NCBI GenBank assembly: GCA_002787405.1
Contig: PCWQ01000007.1
Coordinates: 166,250-230,249, forward strand
Direction of reading: 5' to 3'
Length of the DNA: 64,000 nt
Origin: Candidatus Komeilibacteria bacterium CG11_big_fil_rev_8_21_14_0_20_36_20
GTDB taxonomy: Bacteria; Patescibacteriota; Patescibacteriia; UBA1558; GWA2-36-10
In this document: positions 59,901 through 64,000 of the stretch, piece by piece
Layout: every line of letters begins with the position of its first letter
How positions within the stretch are numbered: position 1 is the stretch's first letter
Program-made: the position numbers and the translations under genes
The notes under the pieces: model-generated
What the model was told of the DNA's origin: nothing
Databases searched by the model: none
The model's input: only the letters and a program-made list of their open reading frames with translations

Positions 59901-61688
59901 TTATCGCTGTAATTTATGAACCTCTTTATTTAATAGATTAATTTTATGAATTAAAACATCTTGTTGGGCAGTGTCCCTACTTAACTCAGCTTGGCGCAAT
60001 TGCTGAATTAATTTTTGTCTCTCTTGACCCAAAAATCTATTTTTTATATTAAAAATAATATTTAGAAAATCAGTCTCCAGCTCGCGATCACTAGAATTGC
60101 TGTAATTACTCTCGCCGGACAATGATAACTTAATCCAATCCGACCTCTCTTCATCATTCAATTCAGGATAATCTATAAAATGAGTTAAATGCTGATGCTT
60201 AGTATAATAAATTATAACCTTACTGTAAAGGGGCTGCAAGCTAGGAGAAATTATTTCTGGCTCAATTTCAGCAATGGCTTTGATTAAATAAACTGGCGAA
60301 TAAAAAATAAGGGCTAATAAATGTTCGCTAGCCAAACACAGAGGATCCTTCTTTTCTTCGGTGGTTTTAATGAATTCAGATTCTCGGTTATCTAAAAACG
60401 ATTTTGCCCCTATCAAGTCCTGTTGTAAAATCTCCAAAGGAAGTTGTAATTTGTCAGCCAATAATTTCAAATAATGCGCTTGCTCTACCTTGCTTTTTAA
60501 AAATTTGATAATGGGCAATAATTTTCTGACCGCAATTTTCTTATGGTCAGAGCGTGATAGGTCTACCCCAAACATAATTCGACGAAAATAATAATCCATG
60601 ACCGGAATTGAATTTTTAATGGCCTCTCGCCAACTTGGCTGGTCTTCTTTAATTATATCAGCCGGATCTTTACCTTTGGGTAAAACTAAAATCTTTAAAT
60701 TTAAATCTTCTTTCCAACCAAGAGCAATACTTCTAAAAACAGCCTGGGAACCAGCTGCATCGCCGTCAAAGGCCAAAATGACATTTTCAGTATATCGCTT
60801 AATCAATTTAACGTGCTGACTGGTTAAAGCTGTTCCGGAAACAGCCACCACATTTTTGGTGCCAGCTTGAAAAGCGGCGATAGCGTCCATGTTGCCTTCC
60901 ACAATAATCAAATATTTTTTCTGCCGAATGGCTGTTCTAGCTAAATGCCAGCCATAAAGAACTTTGCTCTTATCATAAATAACCGTCTGCGGACTATTGA
61001 TATACTTACCGCCAAAATCCTCCTCGTCATAAGCAATGCCGGTCAGAGTGCGGGAAGTAAAAGCCACTATTCGCCCCTGTAAATCACCAATAGGGAACAT
61101 CAGTCGCTTACGAAAACGATCAATATAACCGGAACCCTCCTTCTTTTTCAAAATTAAACCGGCCTGAAAAATTTCTTCATCTTTAAACCCTTGCTTAAGT
61201 AAATAATGATACAACTCGTCCCAACCCTCTCCGGAAAGACCAAGCTGCCAAATATTAATGCTCTCGGCAATAATTTTTCTCTTACTTAAATAATCAAAAA
61301 CTTTGCGAGTCACTTCATTCTTTTGCTGCAACTTGTTTTGATAAAACTGAACAGCCGCTTTATTAACTTCATACAAACGGCTGTAATCTTCCCTGGGTGA
61401 AGATTGATAACCACTCAAAGTAACATTAGCTTTTGAAGCCAGCAATCTCAAAGTTTCCGCAAAACTGATACCCTCATGCTCTTGTACAAAACTAATTAAA
61501 TCCCCTCCCTTACTGCAACCAAAACAATGCCAAATCTGCTTTTCCCGAGAAACCATAAAGCTGGGTGTTTTTTCATTATGAAAAGGGCAGCGAGCTTTAA
61601 AATTTCCCCCTGTTTGTTTTAACGGCAGATAACCAGAAATAACATCCACGATATCTAATTTACTTTTGATTTCCTCAATGTTATCCAT
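59901..61688 (-). CDS. dnaG: DNA primase
   Basis: 595 aa with a zinc-binding N-terminus (CPFHNEKTPSF ... CFGC) and TOPRIM (VIVEGNMDAIA). Classical dnaG-rpoD operon. Confidence 0.93.
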   Translation of the reverse strand: MDNIEEIKSKLDIVDVISGYLPLKQTGGNFKARCPFHNEKTPSFMVSREKQIWHCFGCSKGGDLISFVQEHEGISFAETLRLLASKANVTLSGYQSSPREDYSRLYEVNKAAVQFYQNKLQQKNEVTRKVFDYLSKRKIIAESINIWQLGLSGEGWDELYHYLLKQGFKDEEIFQAGLILKKKEGSGYIDRFRKRLMFPIGDLQGRIVAFTSRTLTGIAYDEEDFGGKYINSPQTVIYDKSKVLYGWHLARTAIRQKKYLIIVEGNMDAIAAFQAGTKNVVAVSGTALTSQHVKLIKRYTENVILAFDGDAAGSQAVFRSIALGWKEDLNLKILVLPKGKDPADIIKEDQPSWREAIKNSIPVMDYYFRRIMFGVDLSRSDHKKIAVRKLLPIIKFLKSKVEQAHYLKLLADKLQLPLEILQQDLIGAKSFLDNRESEFIKTTEEKKDPLCLASEHLLALIFYSPVYLIKAIAEIEPEIISPSLQPLYSKVIIYYTKHQHLTHFIDYPELNDEERSDWIKLSLSGESNYSNSSDRELETDFLNIIFNIKNRFLGQERQKLIQQLRQAELSRDTAQQDVLIHKINLLNKEVHKLQR

Positions 61689-61721
61689 GTAGATATCTTA
61701 AGTTAAATTTGCTTATTAGTC

Positions 61722-61790
61722 AAAAAGAAAAACCCCGCTAGTTTTTCTCTAAATAACATTGCTGTTATAAGATTAAACTTACGCGGGGTA
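61722..61790 (-). terminator. intrinsic terminator of the ncRNA unit
   Basis: Minus strand CCCCGC ... GCGGGG stem with a long loop, followed by TTTTTCTTTTTG. Preceded by the perfect hairpin GGTTGTTG-acaa-CAACAACC (61797-61816). Confidence 0.6.
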
Positions 61791-61825
61791 TAGATTGTGG
61801 TTGTTGTCAACAACCTAAATTAGAT

Positions 61826-62062
61826 GAGCTATTTAGAGAGGCCCGGGTTGAGATAGGAATTTCCTTTTTTCGTGGGAAAGCACTACCCGTAAATTAAACC
61901 CTGCGGGAAGGATTGTTGTTCTATGCGCATAGAACAACCCTGATTGTTAAGCACAATCAAACTGTTATTAAGTATCCGCACTCAATCCTCTGATTTTCGC
62001 TATGCCGATTCGCTACTCATAAGAAAAGATTCTACCCGTTACCTTCGGACTCTAAATAGCTC
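61826..62062 (-). ncRNA. structured non-coding RNA core of unknown family (RNase P-sized transcription unit)
   Basis: Perfect 13-bp terminal helix GAGCTATTTAGAG (61827-39) / CTCTAAATAGCTC (62050-62). Internal perfect hairpins TTGTTCTATGCGCATAGAACAA and GATTGTTAAGCACAATC. Helix GAGGATTG/CAATCCTT. No ORF, and a local GC rise. Flanked by a promoter and a terminator. Confidence 0.55.
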
Positions 62063-62093
62063 AAAATTTTATTATAAAGATCAACGTTTACAC

Positions 62094-62122
62094 ATCTTAT
62101 TATACTTTTAAAATTCTGTCAA
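62094..62122 (-). promoter_or_regulatory. sigma70-like promoter (TTGACA-N17-TAAGAT; alternative TATAAT at N12) for the ncRNA
   Basis: Minus strand has a perfect -35 TTGACA (62122-62117), -10 TAAGAT (62099-62094), and an overlapping perfect TATAAT (62104-62099). Confidence 0.5.
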
Positions 62123-62133
62123 TAGAATAAAAA

Positions 62134-62604
62134 TTAGCTAATATTAGCTAATTTTCTTTCATGCTCTATTAACCACTTTTTTCTCCACAGGCCACCAGCA
62201 TAACCAATTAACTGACCATTACTACCAATAACCCGATGGCAAGGGATAATAATGGGCAGTTTATTTTTATTTACTGCTTGACCAACTGCCCGACCGGCCT
62301 TGAATTGGCCAATGGCTGTAGCTAAATCCTGATAAGCCATGATACTACTATAAGGCACTCTTAATAAGTTCTGCCAGACTTTTTGCTGAAAGTTTGTGCC
62401 TTGAATTTGAAAATTAATATTAAACTTCTGACGCCGGCCTTGAAAATACTCCGTCAATTGCTGGCAACATTTTTTAAGTAAAGAATTAACTCTGACCGCC
62501 GCCTTCTTCTGCTTAACAAAATTAATAGCTATAATATTTTTATCTATAGCTATAATTTCCAACCAACCAATTGGTGATTGGTAATATATTTTGTAATTTG
62601 GCAT
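62134..62604 (-). CDS. ogt: methylated-DNA--protein-cysteine methyltransferase
   Basis: 156 aa with the active-site motif IIIPCHRVIG. Confidence 0.88.
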   Translation of the reverse strand: MPNYKIYYQSPIGWLEIIAIDKNIIAINFVKQKKAAVRVNSLLKKCCQQLTEYFQGRRQKFNINFQIQGTNFQQKVWQNLLRVPYSSIMAYQDLATAIGQFKAGRAVGQAVNKNKLPIIIPCHRVIGSNGQLIGYAGGLWRKKWLIEHERKLANIS

Positions 62605-62608
62605 TGGC

Positions 62609-62812
62609 TTATAAAAATCCCAACAATTTATAAACCAAAATGGCTGGCCAGACTATGGCTTTTAAGACGCCTAAAACTCCCACCCAAAAACTATCAGCGT
62701 GCTGAATGTAGTAAACTACTGCCCCAATAAAACCAAAGCCATAAACTGCTCCTCCGGTAGCGTTATTGCACTTTTTACTCATCTGTTTTGTTTTAATTAA
62801 ATTATATTCCAA
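62609..62812 (-). CDS. hypothetical small membrane protein
   Basis: 67 aa (possibly shorter from the internal Met) with 2 TM helices. Confidence 0.4.
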   Translation of the reverse strand: MEYNLIKTKQMSKKCNNATGGAVYGFGFIGAVVYYIQHADSFWVGVLGVLKAIVWPAILVYKLLGFL

Positions 62813-64000
62813 CTATGTAGTTTATCCCTTTCTTCAAACCAACGATCTCCAATATCTTTACGATAATACATGTTAGGAATTAAAATATTTTGTATTCTGG
62901 AATAGACCTGCTTCTGCGCCTCACTCATTGTCAGTCCTGTCCCTACTATAATTAAAGCCACTCCAGCTGAACCGGTGACCACCCATTCTCCATGAAGTAT
63001 TTTTACATCTTCAATATGCACTCCCTCCAAATTATTCAATGTTTTAAAGACAATGGTCGCCCCTTTTGAATAAGAATTAAATGTCTTTTTATCACGGAAC
63101 GGATAAGGTGGAACAACGATTCGCACCCCTACTTGAAATCCTTTTTTCACTCTCAAAGGAGAATCCATGCCATTAGCTAAAGCATAAAAAAATTCGCTAA
63201 TTGGAGTAATCATGCCGTCTTTCTGCACACTGATAGTCGGATAACCAAAACGAGCGGTAAATTCCAAAGGGTAAATTCCTTGCCCATTAACAATACAATT
63301 AATATCAATGTAGCCGACATATTTCTCTCTAGCTAAAGTGGACTCCATTTTCTGCAGAGTCTCATTAAATAATTTATTTGGCCCTGACCAAAACATACTC
63401 GTCCCCATTTCACCAGTGGCCGGACCAAGATTGCCAGGAAATAATTTTTTATGCTCAAAATTAATATTAATAGGATAAATAAAATTATGCCCATTAAAAA
63501 AAGCACCGACCGCTACTTCTACACCATTAACTCTTTTTTGTAGTTGAAAAACTTTGACTTCATCACTCCAGACTCTTTTATAAGAAGTGAGTACTCTAAT
63601 AACATCACTGCCATCTTTTTCCATACCCACAAATAAAAGCCGCTTGATGTTTTGAGCTTCGCCGCTCGGCTTAATAACATATTCGTCTGGATGCTCCCTA
63701 ACAAAAGCAATCGCTTTGTCAAAGTCAGAAAATTCCCAAAAAGGAATTATTTTTACACCATGAGTTTTTAGTTCATATTGTCCAAAAGAACGATCGTCTT
63801 CTAAACGGTCCGTGTAAGGAGTCCCCCCAATAACTTTTTTCCCTTGTTGGCGCAATTGATGAGCAATTGTGCCCTGACCTAAAACATCATCAAAAACAAT
63901 GACATCCGCCCAATCAACTTCTTGACGCCAGTCTTTCGTTTTAGAAATAAAACCATTAGCAATATCATCTTCGTTTTTGTCTTCTATACAAAATTTAACT
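62797..64000 (-). CDS. PurD-like ATP-grasp enzyme (phosphoribosylamine--glycine ligase family); N-terminus beyond the window edge
   Basis: The frame is open from 62797 to 64000. The track start at 63855 is a TTG inside the protein. ATP-grasp motif GYIDINCIVNGQGIYPLEFTARFGYPT resembles PurD EFNCRFGDPE. An N-domain-like segment (ADVIVFDDVLGQGTIAHQLRQQGKKVIGG) lies upstream. Confidence 0.6.
   Translation of the reverse strand, partial: VKFCIEDKNEDDIANGFISKTKDWRQEVDWADVIVFDDVLGQGTIAHQLRQQGKKVIGGTPYTDRLEDDRSFGQYELKTHGVKIIPFWEFSDFDKAIAFVREHPDEYVIKPSGEAQNIKRLLFVGMEKDGSDVIRVLTSYKRVWSDEVKVFQLQKRVNGVEVAVGAFFNGHNFIYPININFEHKKLFPGNLGPATGEMGTSMFWSGPNKLFNETLQKMESTLAREKYVGYIDINCIVNGQGIYPLEFTARFGYPTISVQKDGMITPISEFFYALANGMDSPLRVKKGFQVGVRIVVPPYPFRDKKTFNSYSKGATIVFKTLNNLEGVHIEDVKILHGEWVVTGSAGVALIIVGTGLTMSEAQKQVYSRIQNILIPNMYYRKDIGDRWFEERDKLHSWNII

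Noticed and set aside
61826-62062. Calling the structured RNA a bona fide RNase P RNA (rnpB).
   Set aside because: The conserved CR-I to CR-V blocks (GGAAAGUCC, GGUAAGAGCGCACC, ACAGAA-CCGGCUUA) are not present, and the core is too short. Reported as an unknown ncRNA instead.

Overview
This 64 kb window is AT-rich (about 33% GC) and gene-dense, with genes mostly on the minus strand. It looks like a small-genome bacterium of the Patescibacteria/CPR type. Supporting this are a compact F1Fo ATP synthase operon with an AtpZ-like gene, single short aminoacyl-tRNA synthetases, and many small membrane proteins.

Core content on the minus strand includes uvrD/pcrA (partial), atpZBEFHAGDC, rmuC, tatD, cvpA, metG, rsmI, glyQS, a ClpC-like AAA+ ATPase, tgt, recO, ileS, xth, mscS, the trx genes, a fabG-like gene, rpoD-dnaG, ogt and a PurD-like ATP-grasp gene (partial). 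On the plus strand are dprA, a yhhQ-like transporter, folC, topA and rel. parAB lies on the minus strand.

Two stretches look accessory:
- 23.1-27.3 kb: GC-rich palindromes, a TOBE-like mini-protein, an SDR plus SemiSWEET pair, a duplicated 35-bp start-region repeat, and split or degenerate small secreted genes.
- 53.9-56.3 kb: a GC-rich tRNA island with tRNA-Asn, two CAT-anticodon tRNAs, tRNA-Ala, tRNA-Leu, an aberrant 119-nt tRNA-like element with its own promoter, a repeated tRNA-trailer element, and an alpha/beta-hydrolase pseudogene with two in-frame TAA codons.

The most striking unexplained element is a roughly 350-nt minus-strand unit between ogt and dnaG (61722-62122). It has its own sigma70-like promoter and an intrinsic terminator. 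Its highly structured 237-nt core is closed by a perfect 13-bp long-range helix and has no ORF. It is either a very divergent RNase P-sized RNA or an uncharacterised structured ncRNA.

No CRISPR array, rRNA, transposase or integrase was seen.
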